A stretch of 64,000 nt of DNA from Candidatus Latescibacterota bacterium. Lineage in GTDB: Bacteria; Latescibacterota; UBA2968; UBA8231. The position numbers and the translations under genes were made by a program. The notes under the pieces were generated by a model. The model was given only the letters and a program-made list of their open reading frames with translations. It was not told where the DNA came from and searched no databases. How positions within the stretch are numbered: the stretch's first letter is position 1; each line of letters opens with the position of its first letter. The stretch is taken from assembly GCA_965215195.1 (NCBI GenBank), contig CBDCDC010000002.1, positions 2,240,001 to 2,304,000 of the forward strand, in the 5' to 3' direction. Below are positions 36,304 through 44,776 of the stretch, piece by piece.

Positions 36304-38697
36304 CTATTCGCTCTTGAGTGTCTGAGTCGGGTTGGTCTGCACCGCTTTGCTGGTTTGCAAAACGACGGTGATTATAACGGTCAAGGCCTGAATCAGACTC
36401 CCCAGCAAAAATGCCCACCCAGCGGAATCGATTTGATACGCAAAATGCTGTAGCCAGACTTGATTGGTCATATAAGCGACAGGCCAAGCAATCAGATTGG
36501 CGACGACCAGCCAAGCCAAAACGGGTCTCATCAGCAAGTACACCAGACCCGCTGAAGAGGCCCCCAGCACTTTGCGAATGCCGATTTCCTTCAGGCGCTG
36601 CTCAACCGAAAAAGAGGCCAGCCCCAACACACCCAAGCAAATGATCACAATAGACAGAGTGCTGAAAAAGCCGATCAGACGAGATATCCGCTCTTCTTCG
36701 TGGTAGAATTGAGCGAACACTTCGTCAAGAAAATAGTATTGAAAGGGCTCGTCGGGCACGAACTCGTGCGTCTTGGCTTTGAGAAACGCCAAGGCACCGG
36801 ATATGTCGCCCGGGTCGATTCTGACCGTGAGATGTTTGATAGCAAGCACGTTCTGCATATTCCACCGCAGACCAATTACCAGCGGTTCGATAGAATGATG
36901 CAAAGACTGGTAGTGAAAATCCTTGACTACGCCGATAACCTTGCTCGAAGCAGACTGACGCTGTGACCAAGTGCGTACCAAGCGTTTACCGACCGGGTTT
37001 TTCCATCCAAAGAACTTGGCGGCCGATTCGTTGATGATGAAGGCGTCATGCTCATCCGAGGGGAAATCTGCTGAAAAATTGCGCCCGGCGATCAGCTCCA
37101 AACCCATGGTTTCCAAGTAGGTATAACCGACATCAATAGTATTTATATTTACCTCATCCTGTCCCTGCGGAGTAAATATGCCCTTCATATCCGAGACACC
37201 GGGTGATCCAAAAGTACCTGATACGTTCAAAATTCTCGGATCCTGCAAATACTCGGCAATGCTCGCTGGCTGTAAGGTCTGCGCAGGAATTACGACCACC
37301 TGTTCCCTATCAAACCCCAAGTCGTGACTTCTCATAAATGCCAATTGATTGTGCAAGGCAAGCGTGGTGATAATGAGGACGATGGAGAGCGCGAATTGGA
37401 AAATGACCAACGTTCTTCTCAGGAAACCGGCCGTGACCCCACCTTGAGTGTGCCCCCCCAAGGTGGCCGCAGGGTTGAACTTGGCCAAGAAAAAGGCGGG
37501 ATACAAACCAGAAATTAGACCGATGCACACGATAGAAGCGATCAGCCAGAGACCATAGTCTATCGCAAGGCGAAAAGCATCTACCTCTACATCCGCAAGA
37601 AATCTACTTACATAAGGCCATGAGCACAGTACTAGCACTAGACTGACCAGAAATGCAAGGAACGTCAAAAGAAGCGTTTCACCCAAGAACTGCTGAACTA
37701 GTTGTGATTGCACACCGCCCAGTGCTTTCCGCAGCCCCACTTCTTTTGCCCGTTGGGTAAACCGAAAAGTTGAAACATTGACATAATTGATACACACAAT
37801 AAGCAAAATGACCAGTGCAATACCCATCAAAAGGTACAGGTACCGGACATCTCGGTTGGAACTCAGTTCATCCTCGAAATGGGAATAGAGGTGGATGTCT
37901 TGTAAAGGTTGTAGAAAAAGTTGCATCCTCCGTTCTTCCAAATGGTATTTATATCGTTCCAAAAACGAAGGAAATTTGTTCTCCAAAACTTCCGGAGAGG
38001 CGTTTTCGTCCAGCCGAATGTAGGTGTAGTGCCAAGAGTCATTTATGTCCCTGCGGAGTTTGAATTCCTTTATCGACGCGACAAAATCAAATTTGAAGTG
38101 GGTGTTAGATGGGAGATCTTGGACCACGCCCGTAACTAGGTATTCATGTGTACTATTCTGACCTATTCCGATGTGCAGGGTTTTACCCATCGGACTATCG
38201 ATCCCGAAGTACTTCGAGGCGGTCTGTTTCGTCAAAACAATGGAATAGGGTTCCTCTAGTACCGTTTGTGCATCACCTTCTGTCAGGGGAAAGGAGAAAA
38301 AATCAAAAAACATCGGGTCTGCAAAGTAAACCTGATCCTCCAAAAAGTGTTTGTCCTGATAGTGAACGGACATGACAGGCTCGCCGTAGTAGCCGCGACA
38401 GACGCGTACAATATCTTCGATTTCTGGAAAATCACTTTTCAATAAAGGGGCCATGGAGTGCCCAATCGAAGCACGACCATGTCGGATGCCCGTCCGTTTT
38501 TCGATTATATCCTTTCTAACTCGATACAGACGTTCCGCGTTTTCGTGGAAGGCATCGTAGCTCATCTCATGCACAATAAAGACAAACGCGATAATGAAGC
38601 AGGCAAAACCGATCGCGAGTCCCGACACACTGATCGACGAGTGCATTTTGTGTCGAAATAGGCTTCGCAGTGCCAACGTCAAGTAACTTCGCAGCAT
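36304..38697 (-). CDS. MacB/FtsX-type ABC transporter permease (lower GC than neighbours)
   Basis: MLRSYLTLALRSL, LQPLQDIHLYS, RAKEVGLRKALG, KEIGIRKVLGA, NPTQTLKSE. Confidence 0.92.
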   Translation of the reverse strand: MLRSYLTLALRSLFRHKMHSSISVSGLAIGFACFIIAFVFIVHEMSYDAFHENAERLYRVRKDIIEKRTGIRHGRASIGHSMAPLLKSDFPEIEDIVRVCRGYYGEPVMSVHYQDKHFLEDQVYFADPMFFDFFSFPLTEGDAQTVLEEPYSIVLTKQTASKYFGIDSPMGKTLHIGIGQNSTHEYLVTGVVQDLPSNTHFKFDFVASIKEFKLRRDINDSWHYTYIRLDENASPEVLENKFPSFLERYKYHLEERRMQLFLQPLQDIHLYSHFEDELSSNRDVRYLYLLMGIALVILLIVCINYVNVSTFRFTQRAKEVGLRKALGGVQSQLVQQFLGETLLLTFLAFLVSLVLVLCSWPYVSRFLADVEVDAFRLAIDYGLWLIASIVCIGLISGLYPAFFLAKFNPAATLGGHTQGGVTAGFLRRTLVIFQFALSIVLIITTLALHNQLAFMRSHDLGFDREQVVVIPAQTLQPASIAEYLQDPRILNVSGTFGSPGVSDMKGIFTPQGQDEVNINTIDVGYTYLETMGLELIAGRNFSADFPSDEHDAFIINESAAKFFGWKNPVGKRLVRTWSQRQSASSKVIGVVKDFHYQSLHHSIEPLVIGLRWNMQNVLAIKHLTVRIDPGDISGALAFLKAKTHEFVPDEPFQYYFLDEVFAQFYHEEERISRLIGFFSTLSIVIICLGVLGLASFSVEQRLKEIGIRKVLGASSAGLVYLLMRPVLAWLVVANLIAWPVAYMTNQVWLQHFAYQIDSAGWAFLLGSLIQALTVIITVVLQTSKAVQTNPTQTLKSE

Positions 38698-38753
38698 ACC
38701 AACCTCACTTTCCGGAGCCAGTCTGACTCCTAAAGAAAGAGGACGCTAGGAAC

Positions 38754-38891
38754 TCAGTCTCGATAATAATTCAAAGCAAATTTTACAATCGATGGATAAA
38801 AATTAAACATCCAAGCGGCGAGTGCCATCATAATGCCCAAGCTGACAGCCAATAAGCCCACAGCCGCTTTTGTAGAGTAATTGTGTCCCAT
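38754..38891 (-). CDS. Small hydrophobic protein (45 aa)
   Basis: Strong SD GAGGAGGAG before ATG; MGHNYSTKAAVGLLAVSLGIMMALAAWMFNFYPSIVKFALNYYRD, one predicted TM helix. Confidence 0.55.
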   Translation of the reverse strand: MGHNYSTKAAVGLLAVSLGIMMALAAWMFNFYPSIVKFALNYYRD

Positions 38892-38935
38892 CGCGAATCT
38901 CCTCCTCAATCTAGTTTCCGGCTCTACCCGCGCTC

Positions 38936-39722
38936 TTACTTCAGCTTCCTGATTGCCCGCACTAACTGCGGGCAACCCCCTTCCAATTTTTCGGATAACC
39001 GCATACGGCGCACCCAAGCCGACGATACCCAATTGTGCAGCCGATCCCCCTTGCCCCTCAACTTCGCTATTGCGCCTTGAAAATCGTCGTGTTCGTACAG
39101 CTCGCGCCGCCTGAGAAAATGCGGATCCGATTGATTCGTGTTGGTCCCCGCGACCGTGCTACAGGCCCCGGCATAACCGCACTCAACCACCACGCGCCGC
39201 ACACGTGCCGTCGCCAGCCCTCGCGGGTACGCGAAATACCGCACCGCACTCCACGACAGCGGCTTTCAGATATTTGGCCGACCCGCGGATGTCCATGGAC
39301 CGCTTATCGACCAGTTCGGTAGGACTCCACATCACTAATTTTTGCCAGTCCACCGCCGACATTGCAGTACAGTAGAGCGCCACCCAAGCACCAAAGCATT
39401 GGGCCACACACGAGACCTCGTCGATATCCACTTCGCTTTCCAAGAAGCGGACGCTCTTTACACAATCGCCAACCGGAGTGAATTTGTCGCCAGCTTCGCT
39501 GTTGCCCCGTCCCCCGAAATCGAACCGGAGACAGTGGAAGCCGGCACGCGCCAATTGGCGCGCCCCGTACACGTACATGCTATGGTCTCCGAACAGGAAA
39601 TCCGGTTCGCCGGGGACGAAGAGCACGCCTTGCCGCAGGTCGCGCCCGGGACTGGGCCGATGCAATACGCCGAGGAGTTGGCTGTTTTCTCCTTGATAGA
39701 CAACAGGTTGCTCGTTGGTCAT
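38936..39722 (-). pseudogene. Alpha/beta hydrolase (exosortase-associated hydrolase-like), frameshifted
   Basis: LLGVLHRP, ARQLARAGFHCLRFDFGGRGNS, nucleophile elbow AQCFGA; C-terminal half split over other frames. Confidence 0.65.
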
Positions 39723-39783
39723 GGGTTGCCCCTTTGTTGCGAACCTAGTTTTTGCCGAATCTTCGGTCCTCCGCTAGCCTTTC

Positions 39784-42267
39784 CTACTCCCTCTGCAAGC
39801 CCTTGGCGAGCGGTTCCCGCATCAAGGCGACCGTGTGCAACAACACCCCCGCCCCGGCCGTGGCCGCCGCGGCCAAACTTCCCAACCCCAAGAACACCCA
39901 CACATCGTCTATCCGCTGCGAGAAATGGCTCAGCCACTCTTCGACGCCCAAATACGCCAAGGGCCCTATCAGCAAGCACCCAGCCAACACCAGCCACAGT
40001 AGCCGCCGCGCCAACAGACTGGCCACATGCCGACCCTGTGCGCCCAAGGTCCGCATGAAGGCGATATTGCGCCGCTGATGGGACACCGTGATCGCCGTCA
40101 GGCCGTAGGCTCCCAGCGCAGCGATGAGCACGGCCAAGAGGGCTGATCCGCCGACGACCCATAGCCAGATCAGGTCGTCTCGGTAGTACGCGGCCGAGTG
40201 GTCATCGAGCCACGACAGGTACAGTACTTCGTCGTCTGGGGAGACAGCTTTCCACTCGCGCTCAATGTGCTCAAGGGCCTCATTACCCGCCTTGGGGTCA
40301 AGGCGTATGAAGAGTAATTCATGATCTTTTATGTTGGAGTCGAGCAAGAGCACACCTGGTTCGACGTCGCTTTTTAACGAATAGAAGTAATAGTCGCTCA
40401 GCACACCTACGACGCGGCCCTCTCCATTGGGCATCCGGCGGCCTAGCCGTTTAGTAAACTTCACGACTTGACCGATGGGTTGGTCCCAACCGGCGCGGGC
40501 TACAAAGGTCTCATTGACCAATATGTCCGCTTGGTCCGGGCCCAAATCTGCGCCCTGCACGAGTTGGAGGCCGAGCGTCTCGACAAAACTCGAGTCCACC
40601 CTTAGACACTGCGCCTCGATAGTACGATCCTCAGCGGGCAATATCGCCTCTCGCAGCCGCGGCGTTCCCGTCTCTAGGAAATGATCCTCACTCAGAGCCA
40701 CCGACTTGATTCCACTATGGGCGAGCAGCCCCTCCTTGAGTAGATGCCGGAGCCTGCTGTCGATGGCCTCCGGCAATGCATCAGTGTTGAGCATCAGCAC
40801 ATCATCGGCCGCAAAGCCCAGATCGAGGGCGTGCAGGTGGTGCAGTTGCCGAGCCATCACCAAGCTCGTGCCCGCCAGCCCAGCACAGGCGGCGAACTGC
40901 ATCACCACCAAGGCACTGCCCAAAGCCGAATTGCGACTGAGCAAACTGGTCCCGCACAGGGCCTCACTGGGATTGGTCCGCGCAAGAATTAGACTGGGAT
41001 AGGCAGCAGCCAGCAGACTGGTGAGCACCAACAGGACTAACCCGCCAACGATGAAGGGGGGGTCAAGGTAGGAGAGGCGCAGGTCTTGACCCAACATCGC
41101 GTTGAACGCCGGCAGCAGCACCTCGCCGAGAGCCAAGCTGATCACCAGCGACACGCCACACACCACCACCGTCTCCATCCAGAACTGCACAGGCAGTTGC
41201 CAACGGGTGGCTCCCAAGGCGACGCGTACACCGACTTCTAGCCCGCGAGCACTCGCCCGGGCCGTGGCGAGGTTGACGTAGTTGACTACGGCGACGGCCA
41301 GTAGGAGCACGGCGATGGCCAAGACGATATAGGTTTCCAGCGGGTCGCGTGGCGGTGCGATACCCTCGTATCCTTTACTCTGCGTCACGTCGGTGCCTAT
41401 GTGCATGGCCGACAGGGGTTGCAACTCCACGCTAAATTCCACCTTGCGGGCTCTCATTCTGCCGATTGATTCGGGGGGGGTGTTTTCAAGCATCAACTGC
41501 CGCATCAACGCTTCAGCCTGCTCCCGGTCATCGCCGTTGGCGTCTTCCCGTAGCCGGACAAATAGGATGCACTTTCGGTCCCAGAAGTCATCAATCCAGC
41601 GCCACAGGATCTCCGAGTTGTGAAAGGGCAACAGGATATTCAACTGGATCGATGAGTTAGCTGGCGACGGAGCAACCACTGCTTGGATGGTGTATCCCTT
41701 GAGCTCATGTTTGGGCCACCCTACCTCAATCTGCACCACCTGCCCCACCGCTGGCTCGTCGCCGAAGTAGCGGCGAGCGAAATCGCGGCTGACGACGATG
41801 CCGTCTTTTACCCTCAAGGCTGTTCGCGGATCGCCCGCTTCAAAGGCGAAAGTGAACATCTCAAAGAAATTTTCGTCCACGAGCAAAAACGGCTCGTCGT
41901 TCCACGTATCGTCTCGTCGCACGCGGATTCGCCGAAGTTCCAAGCTTGTGCCTCGGCCGGAAACTAACCGGACTGTTTCCTCAACTTGGGGCACGGCGTT
42001 CTGGATCGCCTCGGCCATGGCGACCGGGGTGTAATCTCCCATCTTTCTACGATCCTTGCCCGGGTATTTGGAGTTGAGCACCACTCGGTACAGGTGCGCC
42101 CCGTTCTCGTGGAAGCGGTCGTAGGTCCACTCGTGCGACACCAGCGTATAGGCTAAGATGCAGAAGCCAAAGGCCAGCGACAGACTGCACACTTCAATGA
42201 AGCTCAGTAGCTTGTGCCGTCGCAGGATGCGCATGGCGATCTGTAAGTAATTGCCGATCATTCGCAT
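39784..42267 (-). CDS. MacB/FtsX-type ABC transporter permease
   Basis: IGNYLQIAMRIL, VVNYVNLATA..EVGVRVALGA, REPLAKGLQRE. Confidence 0.92.
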   Translation of the reverse strand: MRMIGNYLQIAMRILRRHKLLSFIEVCSLSLAFGFCILAYTLVSHEWTYDRFHENGAHLYRVVLNSKYPGKDRRKMGDYTPVAMAEAIQNAVPQVEETVRLVSGRGTSLELRRIRVRRDDTWNDEPFLLVDENFFEMFTFAFEAGDPRTALRVKDGIVVSRDFARRYFGDEPAVGQVVQIEVGWPKHELKGYTIQAVVAPSPANSSIQLNILLPFHNSEILWRWIDDFWDRKCILFVRLREDANGDDREQAEALMRQLMLENTPPESIGRMRARKVEFSVELQPLSAMHIGTDVTQSKGYEGIAPPRDPLETYIVLAIAVLLLAVAVVNYVNLATARASARGLEVGVRVALGATRWQLPVQFWMETVVVCGVSLVISLALGEVLLPAFNAMLGQDLRLSYLDPPFIVGGLVLLVLTSLLAAAYPSLILARTNPSEALCGTSLLSRNSALGSALVVMQFAACAGLAGTSLVMARQLHHLHALDLGFAADDVLMLNTDALPEAIDSRLRHLLKEGLLAHSGIKSVALSEDHFLETGTPRLREAILPAEDRTIEAQCLRVDSSFVETLGLQLVQGADLGPDQADILVNETFVARAGWDQPIGQVVKFTKRLGRRMPNGEGRVVGVLSDYYFYSLKSDVEPGVLLLDSNIKDHELLFIRLDPKAGNEALEHIEREWKAVSPDDEVLYLSWLDDHSAAYYRDDLIWLWVVGGSALLAVLIAALGAYGLTAITVSHQRRNIAFMRTLGAQGRHVASLLARRLLWLVLAGCLLIGPLAYLGVEEWLSHFSQRIDDVWVFLGLGSLAAAATAGAGVLLHTVALMREPLAKGLQRE

Positions 42268-42341
42268 GGTTTCTGCTCCTGTGTTTCGCTACACTCGCTG
42301 TGCTCACTTGACGAAAACCAGCACACCCCCGTCAGCCTCTC

Positions 42342-42412
42342 TCACTCGCTCCGCAAGCCTTTAGTGAGCGGTTCCCGCTGTGCAATACCGCCGCAGCCAA
42401 ACTTCCCAACCC
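42342..42412 (-). pseudogene. Internally deleted 3' end of another permease copy
   Basis: GLGSLAAAVLH / REPLTKGLRSE* closely matches the C-terminus of 39784-42267 at nucleotide level. Confidence 0.65.
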
Positions 42413-42460
42413 GAGCTCCTTTCCGCCCAAGTTGGATTCGACCCTTTTACCCAAAAGGAA

Positions 42461-42580
42461 TGCAAGATGTGTGCCATATTCTATATGATATTGGAAAACA
42501 ATAAGATACGTTGAATCGGCCTCTTGGCTGACCTAGGGCGAGTGTCCGCTGGTGATACAGGGGTGTCCGCTGGTGATACA
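42461..42580 (-). promoter_or_regulatory. Sigma-54 promoter module 2 (duplicate of module 1)
   Basis: TGGCACACATCTTGCA (42461-42476), IHF-like AAACAATAAGATA (42496-42508), TGTCCGCTGGTGATACA twice (42543-42559, 42564-42580). Confidence 0.88.
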
Positions 42581-42715
42581 CCTGTTGTTCGCTAGCTTTC
42601 AGAGGATGGTTAGCGGGATCTGTTGCCTAGATATGATGTTGCTAATGGGCCGGAATCACTGTATCGTATCAACGTCGCGGGCGAGGCATCCGAATAAGGA
42701 AATTGCGGAGGCACC

Positions 42716-42866
42716 CTAAGTACACGACACCTCCTGTAGGTACGTTAGTACTTGATGGTAGGACGCCCTTGAATGCGAATGCGTTGATAAATTTGATAAA
42801 CCATAGCCTCTGTTGGCGGGCAAGCTGCCCGCGTACCCAGCGGCAACCTTAGTGTCGTGTACTAAG
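42716..42866. mobile_element. MITE, copy 3
   Basis: TIR CTAAGTACACGACAC / GTGTCGTGTACTAAG; perfect 9-bp target duplication GGAGGCACC (42707-42715, 42867-42875); internal hairpin GCGGGCA-AGC-TGCCCGC. Confidence 0.88.
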
Positions 42867-42945
42867 GGAGGCACCAATTAATGCAGAATCGGCAGGATGG
42901 ACGGTCTCCATTGCAATTCCACCAAGGCGACTGAGGAGCCCAAGT

Positions 42946-44010
42946 GTGGCCATTAACGAAATCACCATCAAAGGCTTCAAGAGCATCCGCTCGGTAGAAA
43001 AGCTAGCTCTTGCACCGATTAATGTTTTAATAGGTGCCAACGGTTCGGGCAAGTCCAATTTCCTCGGCATATTTTCCTTTATTCGCGCCATTCGGCTTGG
43101 CAACGAACGCCGCTACGTCGCCCGCGAGGGCGGCGCGGAACGCGTACTACATTACGGGTCTGGGCAAACTCGGCGGCTCAGCCTGCACATTCGATTTTCG
43201 GAGCCTTTTAGCTATCGAGTAGATTTGCGGCCCACCACGAGTGACAGGCTTTTTGTGGACGAGGAATGGCTGGAACTTGCACGGCGTCGAGTGCGCCTTG
43301 ACACTGTTGACCTCAACGGAGACGAGGACACTGCCGCGCTGGATTGTCGCCTATCCAAGTGGCGCACCTATCAGTTCCACGACACCAGTCAACGATCGCC
43401 CATGCGAAAGACCGCGGAAATCGGCGACAATCGCCGGCTGCGCGATGACGGTGCGAACCTGCCGGCATTCCTGTACTTTCTAAAGAAAAAACACCAGCGC
43501 GAGTATCGACGTATCCGAGATATCGTCCGACTAATTGCGCCGTTCTTTCGCGACTTCGTGCTCGAGCCGGACGAGTTCAACGAAGACACCATTCGCCTTG
43601 AGTGGCAACACCGCGGCGTCGATGCGTACTTTGACAGCTCATCAATCTCCGACGGTACGTTGCGCTTCATTGCCTTGACCACATTGCTGCTCCAGCCCAA
43701 GGAGTTACGCCCTGATATCATACTGCTCGACGAGCCGGAACTCGGGTTACACCCCATGGCGATTTCGCGGCTTGCTTCCATGGTGCGGATGACGGCGGCG
43801 CACTCGCAGATTATCTTGGCGACTCAGTCGCCCATTCTCCTAGATCACTTCGACCCGGATGACGTTTTGGTTGCGGAACGTTCCATGGGCGAGACTCAGC
43901 TCACGAGGTTGGATGGCTCCGACTTGGCGGAATGGCTGGAAGACTACAGCCTAGGTCAACTTTGGGAGAAGAACGAGATTGGCGGCCGACCAATGTCGGA
44001 GAGGGCGTAA
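42946..44010 (+). CDS. AAA_21/ABC-type ATPase
   Basis: GANGSGKSN, SISDGTLRF, LLDEPELGLHP, ATQSP, YSLGQLWEKNEIGGRP. Confidence 0.9.
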   Translation: MAINEITIKGFKSIRSVEKLALAPINVLIGANGSGKSNFLGIFSFIRAIRLGNERRYVAREGGAERVLHYGSGQTRRLSLHIRFSEPFSYRVDLRPTTSDRLFVDEEWLELARRRVRLDTVDLNGDEDTAALDCRLSKWRTYQFHDTSQRSPMRKTAEIGDNRRLRDDGANLPAFLYFLKKKHQREYRRIRDIVRLIAPFFRDFVLEPDEFNEDTIRLEWQHRGVDAYFDSSSISDGTLRFIALTTLLLQPKELRPDIILLDEPELGLHPMAISRLASMVRMTAAHSQIILATQSPILLDHFDPDDVLVAERSMGETQLTRLDGSDLAEWLEDYSLGQLWEKNEIGGRPMSERA

Positions 44011-44021
44011 AAGGACCTACA

Positions 44022-44714
44022 TTGGCTCGTCTTCTCGTGCATGTCGAAGGAGATGCCGAAGAACTGTTCGTCAACGAGCTCCTCGGCCCGCATCTCTACG
44101 AGCATGGCTACAGTAGCGTCGTTGCCCGAATCGTCGGAAACGCGAGACAGCGTACAAAACGCGGTGGCATTGTCTCGTGGTTAGTAGTTCGACGAGAGAT
44201 CGTCAGGCAGCTAAAGAAGGATCGAGCCTGCTTGGCAACGACGATGGTTGACTACTATGGGTTGCCCCGAGCATGGCCGGGAAGGGCTGTCGCACACTGC
44301 TTGTCGGGGCTACGGAAAGTGGAGTATGTGGAACAGGCACTCCTATCAGATATGCAGGGCACCATGCCGGATGGTAGTAGGCGCTTCATCCCCTTTGTGA
44401 TGCTGCATGAATTCGAGGCACTGCTTTTCAGCGACTGTGGGCGATTTGCAGAAGCAATTGACCCGGCTCTGACGCCGCGGTTTCAGGCTATCCGCGACCA
44501 ATTTAGCACACCCGAGGAAATTGATGATTCGCCGCAAACAGCCCCATCAAAGCGGGTCTTGAAACTGTGTCCGGACTACGAAAAGCCCATAATGGGCGTT
44601 CTCGCCGCTTTGGAGATCGGATTGGAAACGATGCGCCGCGAATGCCCGCACTTTGCGAATTGGCTGCGGCGACTGGAAAATTCGGCAATCGTCCATTGGG
44701 CTGGTATTCCCTGA
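44022..44714 (+). CDS. DUF4276 family (Toprim-like) protein
   Basis: LLVHVEGDAEE, TTMVDYYGLP, HEFEALLFSD, TAPSKR, CPHFANWL. Confidence 0.82.
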   Translation: MARLLVHVEGDAEELFVNELLGPHLYEHGYSSVVARIVGNARQRTKRGGIVSWLVVRREIVRQLKKDRACLATTMVDYYGLPRAWPGRAVAHCLSGLRKVEYVEQALLSDMQGTMPDGSRRFIPFVMLHEFEALLFSDCGRFAEAIDPALTPRFQAIRDQFSTPEEIDDSPQTAPSKRVLKLCPDYEKPIMGVLAALEIGLETMRRECPHFANWLRRLENSAIVHWAGIP

Positions 44715-44776
44715 CCTCTTGAAAGGAAAGAAGATGCGTCGAATCGCCTCCTTGATCGGCCCGGTACTACTACTCC

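Noticed and set aside
9443-42866. MITE copies as integron attC sites or as ends of one large composite transposon
   Set aside because: No GTTRRRY core sites or integrase; copies 2 and 3 each have their own local target duplication, indicating independent insertions.
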